A stretch of 64,000 nt of DNA. It comes from the human T2T-CHM13v2.0 reference genome, Homo sapiens. The stretch is from NCBI RefSeq assembly GCF_009914755.1, contig NC_060941.1; one strand, 5' to 3'. The translations under genes and the position numbers were made by a program. Within the stretch, counting starts at the first letter, position 1. Every line of letters starts with the position of its first letter. This document shows positions 1 through 18,448 of the stretch, piece by piece. The notes under the pieces were generated by a model. The model had not been told where the DNA came from and did not search any database. It was given only the letters and a program-made list of their open reading frames with translations.

Positions 1-1187
1 GGCCTCCCAAAGTGCTGGGATTGCAGGTGTGAGCCACTGTGGCCGGCCTTTTTTTTTTTGGTGGTAGTAACAGTGGAGAGCCCTCAATAAATGCTTCATT
101 GGGAAAACTGTAACCAACAGCTGAGAACTGCCTCATCTCACTGCTAAATCTGTAAATTGATTTTCTTCTTTCTTGTTTCAGTGGAGAAGATCCTTTCTCC
201 TATCAAAGGCCAGAGGTTTCAAATATGCCCTGGAGCCTAACCCATTACTTTTTTTTTTTTTTTTAAGACACAGTCTCACTCACTCTGTTGCCCAGGCTGG
301 AGTGCAGTGGCGCGACCTTGGCTCACTACAGCCTAAGTCTCTTGACAGTCCACTGTTTAAAGCGATGCTCCTGCCTCAGCTTCCCGAGTAGCTGAGATCA
401 CAGGCGCCACCACCACGCCTGGCTATCCTTTGTGTTTTTAGTAGAGACAGGGTTTCCCCATGTTGGCCAGGCTGGTCTCGAACCCATGACCTCAAATGAC
501 CCACCTCTGCCTCCCAAAGTGCTAGGATTCCAGGCGTGAGTCACCACGCCAGGACCCAACCCGTTACCTTTTTAAGATTTTAAGTCATTAACTATCCCCT
601 TCTTTTATTTTCCACCTCTCTACTGGAATATCCCCAACATTAAACATTCTCTCATTTCCTACGTTTGGGGTTTTTTTTTTTTTGGTCTTTTCTTTTTTTT
701 TCCTTTTTGTGGAGAATGGCGTCTTGTTATGTTGCCCAGGCAGGTCTTAAACTCCTGGCCTCAAGCTATCTCCCTGCCTCTGCCTCCCTAAAGTAGTGGG
801 ATTATGGCGTGAGCCACCATGTCTAGCCTCTAATTTCCTATCTTCAAAAAGGCTCCAGCCCCACTTGGTGGCTCACGCCTGTAATCCCAGCACTTTGGGA
901 ACTTTGGGAGGTCGAGGCAGGTGGATCACCTGAGGTCAGGAGTTTGAGATCAGCCTGGCCAACATGGCGAAACTCCGTCTCTACTAAAAGTACAAAAATT
1001 AGCTGGGCGTGGTGGCGGGTGCTTGTAATCCCAGCTACTCAGGAGGCTGCGGCAGGATAAACTTGAACCCGGGAGGCAGAGGTTGCAGTGAGCCAAGATG
1101 GTACCACTGCACTCCAGCCTGAGCGATAGCTCAAAAAAAAAAAAAAAAAAAAAAGGCTTCATGTCCCATACCTCCTTTGAGTTCTCA

Positions 1188-1579
<392 letters not shown>

Positions 1580-1892
1580 TCACAATAGCATCGTGGCTGG
1601 GGGCCGGGGGAGGACTATTGTAAACCCCATTTTACAGAAAAGGAAACAAAGGCACAGAGCGGCAGAGCTGGGATTACGAACCCAGGCAATCTGGCTTTAG
1701 AGACCATACCCTTAACTGTGCTAAAGCATTATCCCAACATACGTTGATATATTTGTGACTTTATTTCTTCAGCGATTATCTCCCCTCGCCAATGCACAGG
1801 TCTGCGGGAGCATGGACTGTCTGAAAGGTTCTGAGTTTAGCTTTAAGCACAGTGCCTGGCACATACCATTTGTTGAATAAATGGATCTACCT

Positions 1893-1923
1893 ATCTATAT
1901 ATATGTGTGTGTGTGTGTGTGTA

Positions 1924-1992
<69 letters not shown>
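1893..1992. repeat. Compound microsatellite (TA)n(TG)n(TA)nTn in an Alu tail
   Basis: Directly visible. Confidence 0.95.
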
Positions 1993-1993
<1 letters not shown>

Positions 1994-1994
1994 A

Positions 1995-2099
<105 letters not shown>

Positions 2100-2599
2100 T
2101 GAGTAGTTGGGATTACAGGCATGCGCCACCACGCCAACCTAATTTTGTATTTTTAGTGGAGACGGGGTTTCTCCATGTTGGTCAGGCTGATCTCGAACTC
2201 CCGACCTCAGGTGATCCGCCCGCTTCGGCCTCCCAAAGTGCTGTGATTACAGGCGTGAGCCACCTCACCTGGCCTACTGGATCAATATCTTTTTAAAAAA
2301 TTCCACACTGGGAGACATTTGGTGTAGGACTGAATCCCCGTATTTTAGAAGCCGCCTTGTCTCTTCTTGCCTCGATTTCCCATCCTGTTAATCAGGAGAC
2401 TCAGGGCGGGAGGACAAAGCCAGGTGCAAGAGGCGTGAGCACAGCGACTAGGAAAATGGAGTCGGAAGCCGTAATCTTCAGTTTCCTCCGCTGCATGAGG
2501 CACCATGTGCACCACGTGGACTAAAGGAGACACTTTCTCCATTTTGAAGCGGTGTCCAGGCTTCAAGACCTAGGCTCCAATTTCTCACCGTGAAGAAGC

Positions 2600-3300
2600 T
2601 CGGGAAAACCGGGCGCTTGGGGAGGCGCGCGGGCAGAGGCTACCCGTCCCCGCGGCCTCTAGACAGGGGCGGAGTCCCTACCCGGCCTCCGCGGGCCCCG
2701 CCCCCGGACGGCGGAAGCCGAGCTCGCCCTCTCCGCCCGGGCCTGGGCGTGTCCCACGGGCGCACGGCATGCTGGGAAGGCGTCCGCGCGGCGGCCATTT
2801 TGTCTTGTCGGCTCCTGTGTGTAGGAGGGATTTCGGCCTGAGAGCGGGCCGAGGAGATTGGCGACGGTGTCGCCCGTGTTTTCGTTGGCGGGTGCCTGGG
2901 CTGGTGGGAACAGCCGCCCGAAGGAAGCACCATGATTTCGGCCGCGCAGTTGTTGGATGAGTTAATGGGCCGGGACCGAAACCTAGCCCCGGACGAGAAG
3001 CGCAGCAACGTGCGGTGGGACCACGAGAGCGTAAGTCCCGCGGGCCTTGGGCCTGAGCCCGGGCTCCGTGGGGGAGGGGAGCGGGCGCGGGCTGTGGCCC
3101 TCCTGGCCGCGGCGCGATGTGGCCAGGGCCGCACCCGGGGTCGAGCGTCTGACCCGGTGCCCATGGAGCCAGGAGGGAGGATGCTGTCCGGACCCGGGGA
3201 TGGGGGTGATTTGGTTTTGTTGTTCTAGTATCAAGGGGGTCCGGGAGAGCCCTTGGCATAATTGAAAAGCACCTTGATGAGGCGGGGAAACGCGGGAAAG
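2600..3300. promoter_or_regulatory. LUC7L3: CpG-island promoter of LUC7L3 (TATA-less), spanning exon 1
   Basis: Abrupt GC/CpG-rich segment. GC box GGGGCGGAGT 2666-2675, ETS-like GCGGAAGC 2711-2718, YY1-like GCGGCCATTTTG 2791-2802; E-box CACGTG just upstream at 2513-2518. Boundaries approximate. Confidence 0.9.
2932..3030 (+). CDS. LUC7L3: LUC7L3 coding exon 1 (MISAAQLLDELMGRDRNLAPDEKRSNVRWDHES)
   Basis: ATG in good Kozak context (GCACCATGA); recognisable Luc7 N-terminus; donor AGC|GTAAGT at 3031; 99 nt. Confidence 0.98.
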
Positions 3301-4028
3301 AAGGATAGCAGCGTCTTATTAAATCTAGCGGCTCCGAGGTTTCACCTCATTATGAAATAGGGAGAAGGGCACATTTTTCTATAGTTTGGGTTGAACGTCG
3401 TATTTAGACTAAAATTTCTGACCAGGATTCATGGTAAAAATCGTGGCGGTATTTTATTTAAGTAATTACAGCATGACGCTTATACGGGGAAATAGAAATG
3501 TAAAAGAAGTCGTTTACTTGTTAGGGTTTACCGTGATGATTTACAAGTATTGTTCGTTAACAGTATTCTAAGAAGTCCCTTATAGAGGCAGCTGTCAAGG
3601 TTTTTTCTTCCACATAAAACTCATTTGATGCTCTTAGCCCGGGGAGTAAAGGTAAATATTATAACCCCAGTTTCACTGGTGAGACTTAAAAAGGCTCACC
3701 CAAAGTCTTGGCAACTGAGGAAACTAATCTTTGTAGTTCTGTTAGCTTTCCACAATCCTATGAAACTGGTTCTCTGCACCTACTGTAGCATTTCAAGTGT
3801 TTTGATCTAGTTTTGAACATGCAGTGTAATGTTTACTTTAGGTCTTATCTGGAGAATAGATACAGAATTTAATTTTACTTTGAGGTTATAATCTAACATG
3901 CTAATTTTAAAACAATTGCTAATCAAAATAGGAAGGAATAGTTCAGGTAATGCATGCTTCTTTAGAAAACTGTTTTCTTACTCTTTTTAAACGTAGGCTT
4001 TGGTTAAGGTAAAATTTCTTTTTTGCAG

Positions 4029-4080
4029 TGTAGGAAAGCAAGTTGGTGCTAGATGACTCCTTTTAGGACTTTAAGAAAGA
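4029..4080 (+). other. LUC7L3: Candidate poison cassette exon in LUC7L3 intron 1 (52 nt, CRKASWC*)
   Basis: Strong acceptor TTTCTTTTTTGCAG|, donor AGA|GTAAGT at 4081, in-frame TAG at 4050-4052; lies in Alu-free sequence. Confidence 0.55.
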
Positions 4081-5258
4081 GTAAGTTTGGCTCAAGTTGT
4101 GTTGGGGTGCTAACTGATTCCAAAGTAGTATGAAACATTCTTAGAGTAGAATTTATTGTTTTTAAGAGGTGGGTTTTTTGTTTTTAACATTTAGGCTCCC
4201 CATCCCCCCGACCATTTGTCACAATAGGAGACTAAGGAACTGCTTACCTTGACCATCTTTCTTTTGTAGGCATCTTTGTTATAGCGAAGTAACTTTTTTT
4301 TTTTTTAACTACCTGACTCTGTAACCTTTCAGTCTAAACTTTGCAAATGTGTTAGGAATAACGCTCAAAATCCTAAGTAAGGTAAAAAACCAAAACATTA
4401 TGGCGATTTGGCTTATGTTCAATAGGTTATTTGTATATTTTGAATTCAAGAGAAAAATGCTTTCCATTGCACTCCTTATCAGTTGGAACAGCCTTGTATC
4501 TCTGCACCCTTGACTTTGAACACGTTTTAGAGAAACTGTTTTCTTTCCCGGGGTAATTTGTTGCCACATTGCATTGTATGTGATGGGTTTATGACTCTTC
4601 AATGATGAGGCCCTCAGAATAGCAATTTAGGTTTTATGTCATCTCAGCCGTAATCTGCTTTGCTTTCAGTTTTAGTACTTTTCACTAATTTTAACTTTCA
4701 GTGTTTATTACTAAAGTATTTAATGCCTTAATGACAGATTGCACTTCACTCTAGATTGAAGGATTTCAAGTCAGTTACTGGCATTTCAGATTGATATCTG
4801 CAGGGAAAATGTTGGTAGTGTTGAGCAAAAACAAAGCACATGGTCTCATCTAAATAGGTGGAATTATTGTATAATGAAGCTGGGGAAGCTGTTGATATCG
4901 TTTCCGGGTCATCTGCATATTCTTGTACTGTTGGCTGTTAGTGCTAAACCTGCAGGGATGGGCAAACCCATTATATGCTGAAAAGGAGTCACCTTTTCTA
5001 TAGCCTAATATTTTAACATATTTTTGCATTCCTGTTCTATCTGGAAATTTTTCTTGGCCATACTTGCATTAAATGGAAGAAGCCATTTCAGCTGGATGGG
5101 GCCCTTGTTTTTTTTTTTGGAATAGAGATAAATACCAAAATAAGGAAAGGAAGCAACCATTAATTAAAAGACAGTTGCCGTGGCATCTGTAAGTATTTAA
5201 CAGTCAAAATGCTAACTTTACCTAGTATTAAAGGTAGTCCCTAGATAGCTGTATTTGA

Positions 5259-5753
<495 letters not shown>

Positions 5754-7811
5754 TAGTCCTGGGCTTTTAATTGTGCATATCTGCACAATTAAATCTTAAT
5801 TGGTATTAATTTGGTAGTAGATTTTAATACTGTACTTTTTTCTCCTTTTCATGATGGGTAATAAGTGAGCAAGCAGCACTTGCGAAGCGCAGTTTCAAGT
5901 GAAGGATGCATCTGTGATGCAAAATCATCGACCATTTATTTGTAATGGTGTGTATGTAACCTTCACCAAGGTATTTTACTGGGGCTAGTGCTTTTACAGG
6001 CATTTCCAACTTTGTAGATTGCTACCTCTGGATCTGAGAAACTGCAGCTAAAGTGAAGTCGGCTTTAATACTGTTTCATGGATTCATTGGTACACCCTCC
6101 CACCGTGTTTATTTGTATTTTGCAATTGTTTGAGATTATTGTTTTGGTTTTTTGCACTAAGCAATTGCTTGGTTAATCCTAAACAACCACAGTGATGAGG
6201 AAAGCATGTGATTGTAACTAACTGCCTAGGGTGAGTACCTTTCAGTGAGGGTTTGATTTCAGTGTTAGCCAGAGAAGGCACTAGTAGCCATATTATTAGA
6301 AGATTGTAGTAAATTGTAAAGTCTGATCGGGAGTTTTGTTATTTTTTATGTAGCAAGACAGAAATTTTGTAGTTCAAATTGAGGTTTTTATATTCTAGAT
6401 CTCAACCTGAAAATGAAATTACTTAATCATTAACACTGATTCTAATATCTGAAATGAGTTTTCTTCCATTTATCAAACTCAAGCCTACCCTTCCTTCCAT
6501 GAAGGTTTAACATGAAGGTTTAATAATTTATGAAGGAAATTGAACTATGTTCTTTTCTAAAATCTTTGGAATGTTAGCAGATACTGTCATTGACACTGAA
6601 AAGTTGTTTAGAAAAGGAAAAATAGCTAAAGCTTCTGTCCACATTTTTTACTTGTATACTTTTTCTTTTTGCTTTAAAAATGTTCAGAATTTGGGAGCAA
6701 AAATTGAAAGCAAAAAACTAGTAATTATAATGCATGATGGCATCTATTAATATGTATTTTACTAGTTTTCATTCAGAGTCACCAAAATGTTCATAGTAAC
6801 TTACTATGTTACTATGGAGTAAGATAGAAAAGCATTTTCTACCCTGCTCCCTGCCCCCCCCCCTTTTTTTTTTTGAGACAGAGTCTAGCTCTGTCACCCA
6901 GGCTGGAGTGTAGTGGCATGATCTTGGCTCACTGCAACCTCCACCTCCTGGCCTCAGCGTCCCGAGTAATTGGGATTGCAGGTGTGGGCCACCACGCCCG
7001 GCTAATTTTTGTATTTTTAGTCGACAGGGTTTTGCCATATTGGCCAGGCTGGTCTTGAACTCCTGACCTCAAGTGATCGATCCGCCTCAGTCTCCCAAAG
7101 TGCTGAGGTTACAGGCGTGAGCCACTGCGCCCGGCTGGCATTTCCTACCTTACTCCATAGTAAAATAGTAAGTGTTGGCTTCTCAGAATTGCCAGCAGTC
7201 CATGTGTTATATGTGTATGTAATTGCTATTTGCTTTTCTTCCCAAAACATACAGAATTAGAGTGAATAGTATAATAAATTGAACTCCCCATGTACCCATG
7301 CCCAATTTAGCAATATTAGCACATAGTCAATATTATTTCCTCTGTATCCTTTCCATTATTTTGAAGCAATTCTGTTATTGTCAACCTTAAAGCGGTCATT
7401 GTATATCTGTAAAATACAAGGACTTTAAAAAAAAAACATAGCCGACCGGGCATGGTGGGTCACCTGTAATCTCAACATTGGGAGGCCAAGGCAGGCAGAT
7501 CACTTGAGGCCAGGAGTTCGAGACCAGCCTGGCCAACATGGTGAAACCCTGTCTCTAATAAAAAATAAAAAAATTAGCTGGGCGTAGTGGTGCATTCCTG
7601 TAATCCCAGCTACTCTGGAGGTTGAGGCAGGAGGATCCTTTCAACCCAGGAGGCAGAGGTTGCAGTGAGCCGAGATGGTGCCACCACAGTCCAGCCTGGG
7701 CAACAGAGTGACACTCTGTCTCAAAAAAAAAATAGAATAAAATAACCACAATAGCATAATCACTGAAAATTATAGTAAGGTATTTCGTAAATCTTTGGTT
7801 GCTTTAGGAAA

Positions 7812-7813
<2 letters not shown>

Positions 7814-7845
<32 letters not shown>
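7814..7845. repeat. (TG)n microsatellite
   Basis: About 16 TG units, directly visible. Confidence 0.95.
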
Positions 7846-7897
7846 ATTATATATGTTATTAGCCTTGATTTCCTCACAAAAGGAGAAGGTAGCTTAA

Positions 7898-8280
<383 letters not shown>

Positions 8281-8300
8281 TAGGAAAATTGTTGTATTCA

Positions 8301-8670
<370 letters not shown>

Positions 8671-8793
8671 CTAAAGAGCCATCATGTATTGGTGACAGTA
8701 AATGCACTTTTTTTTTCCAATGGGGATTATTCCAATTGAATGTAAACGCATTTCCATAACAGAATATGATAAATCCTACCATTGGGAAAAGTA

Positions 8794-10740
<1,947 letters not shown>

Positions 10741-11017
10741 TATAGTGTACACAGGAAAGGAGTGCATAACCCAGATTGGGATGGATACTCAGGAAGGGCC
10801 TGTCAGACAAAGTGGTCTTTAAATACATTTACCTAAAGGATTGGCAGGAATTAGCCTGAGGGAGAGGAGAGAGAAGACACCTTACCAGCCTGAAGGAAGA
10901 GCTGGAGAAAAATCGGTGAATTTGGCAAATTTTAAATAGTATTGTAGTGTGTATGTTTTTGTTGGGTGGGGTAGTGTAGATAGGTAGGCAAGAACTTGGT
11001 TTTAAATAGTTTTTATA

Positions 11018-11332
<315 letters not shown>

Positions 11333-12163
11333 TTATAAGCCTTGTTGAAAGTTTAGATTTTATTACATTGGGAAATAACTGAAGGCTTCTAAGCAGAAGA
11401 GAGATGTTTACTAACTGGCTGCTGTGGAAGATTGATTGAAATTTTACTAGAAGTTTGTGTAGGCAATAAATAGTGAATCATACCTGCAAAGGTATACGTA
11501 ATAAAATTAAAGGCATGGAAATGAATGTGTGGTCGTGGTATAACTGAAACATAAAGCTATATGTTATCAGGGACATAATTTTTGTTATAAATTCTTTTAT
11601 TAAAAATTATTTCTTTGGGGGTTTATCTTTAACACAGTGAATTGAACTCTTAGGTAAAAAAAAATATTTATAGCCTGTCATAATCAGAATTAAACTATTA
11701 ATATTGAGGCAGAAGTGACAAAAGACTACAGCGTGTAGGGTTGGTTTTTGTTTTTGTTTTTTTGGAGACAGAGTCTTGATCTGTTGTCTAGGCCGGAGTG
11801 CAGTGGCGCGATCTCAGCTCACTGCAAACCTCCGCTTCCCAGGTTCAAGCGATGCTCGTGCCTCAGTCTCCCGAGTAGCTGGAACTACAGGCGTGTGCCT
11901 CCATGCTTGGCTAATTTTTGTATTTTTAGTAGAGACGGCGTTTCGCCATTTTGGCCAGGCAGGTCTCAAACTCCTGGCTTCAAGTGATCTGCCTGCCTCG
12001 GCCTCCCAAAGTGCTAGGATTGCAGGTGTGAGCCACTGCAGCTGGCTTGTGTTCCTTTTTTTTAACCAATAAAATTTCCAGGTATTCCTGGATTTTAAAT
12101 TAATCAATATTTGTATGTGTATGGCATTTGAGGTATTCCAGTAATATGTCCTGTTTCAGAATA

Positions 12164-12968
12164 CAGTAAGTCTGCATTTAACGTCGTTAATGGGTTCTTG
12201 GAAACTATGACTTCAGTTGAAATGACATATAACAAAAGTTTTACCATAGACTAGTTAATATAAAGAAGAGTTAGGTTTCTGTGGCACATTCTGGTTACAG
12301 AAACATAACTAAAAAGACCCAAAACATTTCTGATATCAAACATTGAGATAAATTTGAGGTATACATACATTTAAGAAAGATGAATAAAAGCGAGGGTAAT
12401 TACCCAGTTTTTGGTGAATCAGTGAGTGATGGCAATTTTAGTGGTGGTGAGTTAAGTCAAGGAATAAATGTTTACAACTTGAACATTGTCAGAAGCACCT
12501 CCTACCTCCATTCAGTTCCAACACAATAATAAAGATGGTAAACTCACCACTTTTGGACTATGCTGTTTATTTTCATGCATTTGTATGATTATCATATGCT
12601 TTACAGACTTTTATTTTACAATAATTTCATTGTAATATACAATATATTCATTCCTTTCCAGCCTCCTTATTCCAGTTCAGGGTGGTGGGTGGCCAGAGCT
12701 GATCCCGGCTGCCCAGGATGCAAGGCAGGAACTAACCCTGGACAAGATCCCCTCCCATCACAGGGCATACTCACACACCCACACTCACCCAGACTGGGAC
12801 TTAGGCATGCCAGTTCACCTACCGTGCACAGCTTTGGGATGTGGAAGGAAACCAGAGTACTGGGAGAAAACCCATACAGACATGGGGAGAACTTGCAGAC
12901 TCCTACACAGTTAGCCCCAGCTGGGAATAATTTTTTTTCCCCTCATCACATTATTCAAGGACTTACTG
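12164..12968 (-). mobile_element. MER6-like TcMar-Tigger DNA transposon
   Basis: TA|CAGTAAGTC...GACTTACTG|TA inverted termini; internal GGAGAAAACCCATACAGACATGGGGAGAACTTGCAGACTCC motif. Confidence 0.8.
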
Positions 12969-13735
12969 TATATAGTAATTAGGATTGGCTATTTAGATTT
13001 TTAAAATTTAAGTCCCTGTCAGTTTTACTGTTTCCAACATGAGTTGTGTTGCCAGTGTTTAGATAATCAGAAGTATATATTGAATATAAATACTATATAT
13101 ATATGTATTTTGGGGGTGGGGAGGTGGGGACAGTGTCTGGCTCTGTTACCCAGGCTGGAGTGCAGTGGCACAATCTCAGCTCACTGCAGCTTCCACCTCC
13201 TGGGCTCTAGCAGTCCTCCCACTGCTCGAGCAGGCTCCTCCCATTCCAGCCTCCTGAGTAGCTGGGACTATAGGCCCGCACCACCCCTGGCTAATTTTTT
13301 TGTATTGGTGGAGATGGGGTCTTGCCACGTTGCCCGGGCTGGTCTCGAACTCCTGAGCTTAAGCCATCTGCCTGCCTCAGCCTCCCAAAGTGCTGAGATT
13401 ACAGGCGTGAGCCACCACTTCCAGTCTATTATCTTTATGATAAGCAGTTTAACGAAAATAGTGCAGACAGGCCAGGAGTTCGAGATCAACCATGGTAAAA
13501 CCCCATCTCTACTAAAAATACAAAAATTAGCCAGGCATGGTGGCAGTTGCCCATAATCCCAGCTTGGGAGGCTGAGGCACGAGAATTGCTTGAGCCTGGG
13601 AGGTAGAGGTAGTGAGCCAAGATCGAACCACTGCACTCCAGCCTGGGCGACAGTAAGACTCTGTCTCCAAAAAAAAAAAAAAAAAAAAAAAAAAGACCTA
13701 AAAATAGTGCAGACAGCATTGAAAATATTTGATTA

Positions 13736-14151
<416 letters not shown>

Positions 14152-14342
14152 TTAAATTTATTAAGAGGATAAGTTATGATTAGGTATTTAGAGAGTTTGC
14201 ATGGGTATTAATCTGTAATAAGCATTTATATCTTTTGGGGATTACTATTAAATGAAGACTGCTGGTATTCCAAAACTTGAGCAGTTCTCATGATTATATC
14301 CAAAAGTAAGAAACGAATTCTCTGGGTTTATTCTTTTTTTGA

Positions 14343-14501
<159 letters not shown>

Positions 14502-15023
14502 TAGAGACAGGGTTTCACCATGTTGGCCAGGCTGGTCTTGAACTCCTGACCTCAGGTGATCCGCCTGCCTCCGCCTCCCAAAGTGCTGGGATTACAGGTG
14601 TGAGCCACCACACCTGGCCTCTCTGGGTTTGTTCTTATTATCATTATTGATGACTTTATTTGAAGAACCCAAATATGTTCTTCCCATTTTTTCGGATCAC
14701 TTGTTAATATTTTTAGTTAAAATCATTCTCTGGGGAGAGTTAAAAGAAGCAGTCCAGGTAGCTGGTTTATTGTGTAGAGTAACAGATAATTCTGATGTAC
14801 CATTAAATGGTAAAGCAGGAGAGTTGGAGTGGAAGGAACACTCAGAACTGGATTGGGGAAATGGAATCTAGTCTGGATTCTGTAGATATAGCTGGATGCT
14901 GTCAGGGCAGGTCATGTGGTCTCTGATGGGGTGATTGGACTAGATTAGGTAGCTTCTGGTTAGCCCACAGACAGGCATGTGTTATTTGGTTTACACAGTG
15001 CCTAAAAACATTTAAAATAATAA

Positions 15024-15461
15024 TGTGCAGCGGACAGGTCTACGGAAACCTACCCCCAGAGTCTGAAGAAGCTGAGAGGCCAAAGAAAGAGGCTGACAAA
15101 TCCAGTGTCTTGGAAACATGTAATAGGGACCTACGAACAGAAGCCAGGTCTGTGTCTTGGGCAGCTGCTGGCGTCAAGACAAGATGTCATATCCCCAGAC
15201 CCAGGGCTTATATGCCATAGGGAAAGGGTATCTGTGCTTCAGAAGGCATGTGTAGGATAATTACTTATGGGCAGGATTTATGTTAAGTACAAAATCATCG
15301 AAATTGTTTTGACCTAAGGGCAGGATTTACAGTAAGTACATGTTCTTAACACAAGGAACAGTAGATAAAGTAGAAATCTTAGGGGCATTCCTGGAATTGG
15401 AGTTAATCGGAAGTCAGCCTGGCACTTTAACACCCAAGATGGAGTTGCTTTCGCTTTTACA
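15024..15461 (-). mobile_element. Solo ERV LTR (family uncertain)
   Basis: TG...CA termini; reverse complement begins TGTAAAAGCGAAAGCAACTCCATCTTGG, typical of ERV1-class LTR starts. Confidence 0.65.
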
Positions 15462-15530
15462 TACAGGCTAACACCTTTTTCTTCCAATTTAGCAAATGTA
15501 CACAGTTTAATCTTTACAATCCCACTATAA

Positions 15531-16063
<533 letters not shown>

Positions 16064-16394
16064 TAGCAGATAAGCAACGGCGAAGATTCATTGTGTTGTG
16101 TTGCAGTGTACCAATTTCACATGCTTGAGAGTCAGGAGGGACTGTAGAGATGTGTTTATTCGTTTTTTTGTTTTTTAATGGTGAACCTTTCTGAGGATCA
16201 TAGACGTTGTGTCTTACCTACCTTAAACTTACGAAACACTTAAATTGGTCATGAGGCTGTTAGAAGTCCTATTGAAAACAATAAAATTAATCTTTAGATA
16301 GAATAATCTCCAAAACCCTAGAATATATTACTGTAAAAATGGGAAATAGAAATGAAATGTTTATAAGTAAAGATAAAATTCACAGTAATAGTAA

Positions 16395-16760
<366 letters not shown>

Positions 16761-17320
16761 TAGCCAGGATGATCTCAATCTCCTGACCTCGTGATCCGCA
16801 CGCCTCAGCCTCCCAAAGTGCTGGGATTACAGGCGTGCAGCCAGTTCACAGTAATAGTAAGACTTTTCATGTGTGTGAGGATGGCACACAAAATTTAGTT
16901 TTTAAATTATTTTATAACCATACAGTTTATGGCTATAAATAATAGATTCTGGCAATAACTTTTACTAAATATAGTTGTGTGAAATTTTTGAGTCTTCAAA
17001 ACAGGGTTAATATAATTGAAAGGTTAGGTCACAGTAAAAGTGGCATAATTGTTGCCACATCCTCCCTCCCCCAAATAAACTCTCAAAGAAATGTTTATAA
17101 AAATCGAGTATTGGCATTGGTATTTTACTGTGTTGCATTTAAAGTGAACACAAAGTTGAACAAAATGGATGTTTTAAGAATTAGAAAATCATATGGCATC
17201 ACAAGCAGTGGAACTTCAGAAATAATTTTTAAAAACATTAGCTTTAGATAGCATATAGTCTTTTTAAAATAAACTATTTGTGACAACAATGTTTAAGTTA
17301 CAAAGAATAATCTTTTTTAA

Positions 17321-17641
<321 letters not shown>

Positions 17642-18193
17642 TAGAGACGAGTTGTCACTTAATGTTGCCAGGGCCTGGAGTACAGTGGCTGTTCACAGGT
17701 GTGGTCCTAGCACACTACAGCCTCAAACTCCTGGGCTCAACTAATCTTCCTGCCTTAGCCTCCCAAGTAGCTGGCACTACAGGCCTGCACCACTGTGCCC
17801 AGCTGCAAAGAATAATCTTAAAAATCAAGTATAATAACTTGGAAAGAAAACAGTAGAAAGATACTAAGACATAAAGCTGTATCAGAGTAATATTGGCATA
17901 AAACTAGTGGCTTGCCTAGCTTAAACTTATGGAACAATAGTTTTAAATTGGTCATGAGGCCATTAGAAGTCCTATTGAAAACAATAAAATGAGTCTTTAG
18001 AAAGAATCTCTCCAAAACCCTAGAATGTATTATTGTAAAAATGGGAAATATAAATGAAATTTTTATAAGTAAAGATAAAATTCACAGTAATAGTAAAACT
18101 TTCACGTCTGAGCGCGGTGAGGCCTGTAATCCTAGCACTTTCGGAGGCCGAGGCAGGCAGATCACCTAAGGTTGGGAGTTCGAGACCAGCCTA

Positions 18194-18448
<255 letters not shown>

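Noticed and set aside
2590-3265. Long overlapping ORFs on both strands (174 and 193 aa on minus)
   Set aside because: Stop-codon scarcity in the GC-rich CpG island; Pro/Arg/Gly-rich with no recognisable domain.
6498-6523. CATGAAGGTTTAA x2
   Set aside because: Simple 13-bp slippage duplication with no evidence of function.
12560-12982. 140-aa ORF
   Set aside because: Lies inside the non-autonomous MER6-like element; no transposase motifs.
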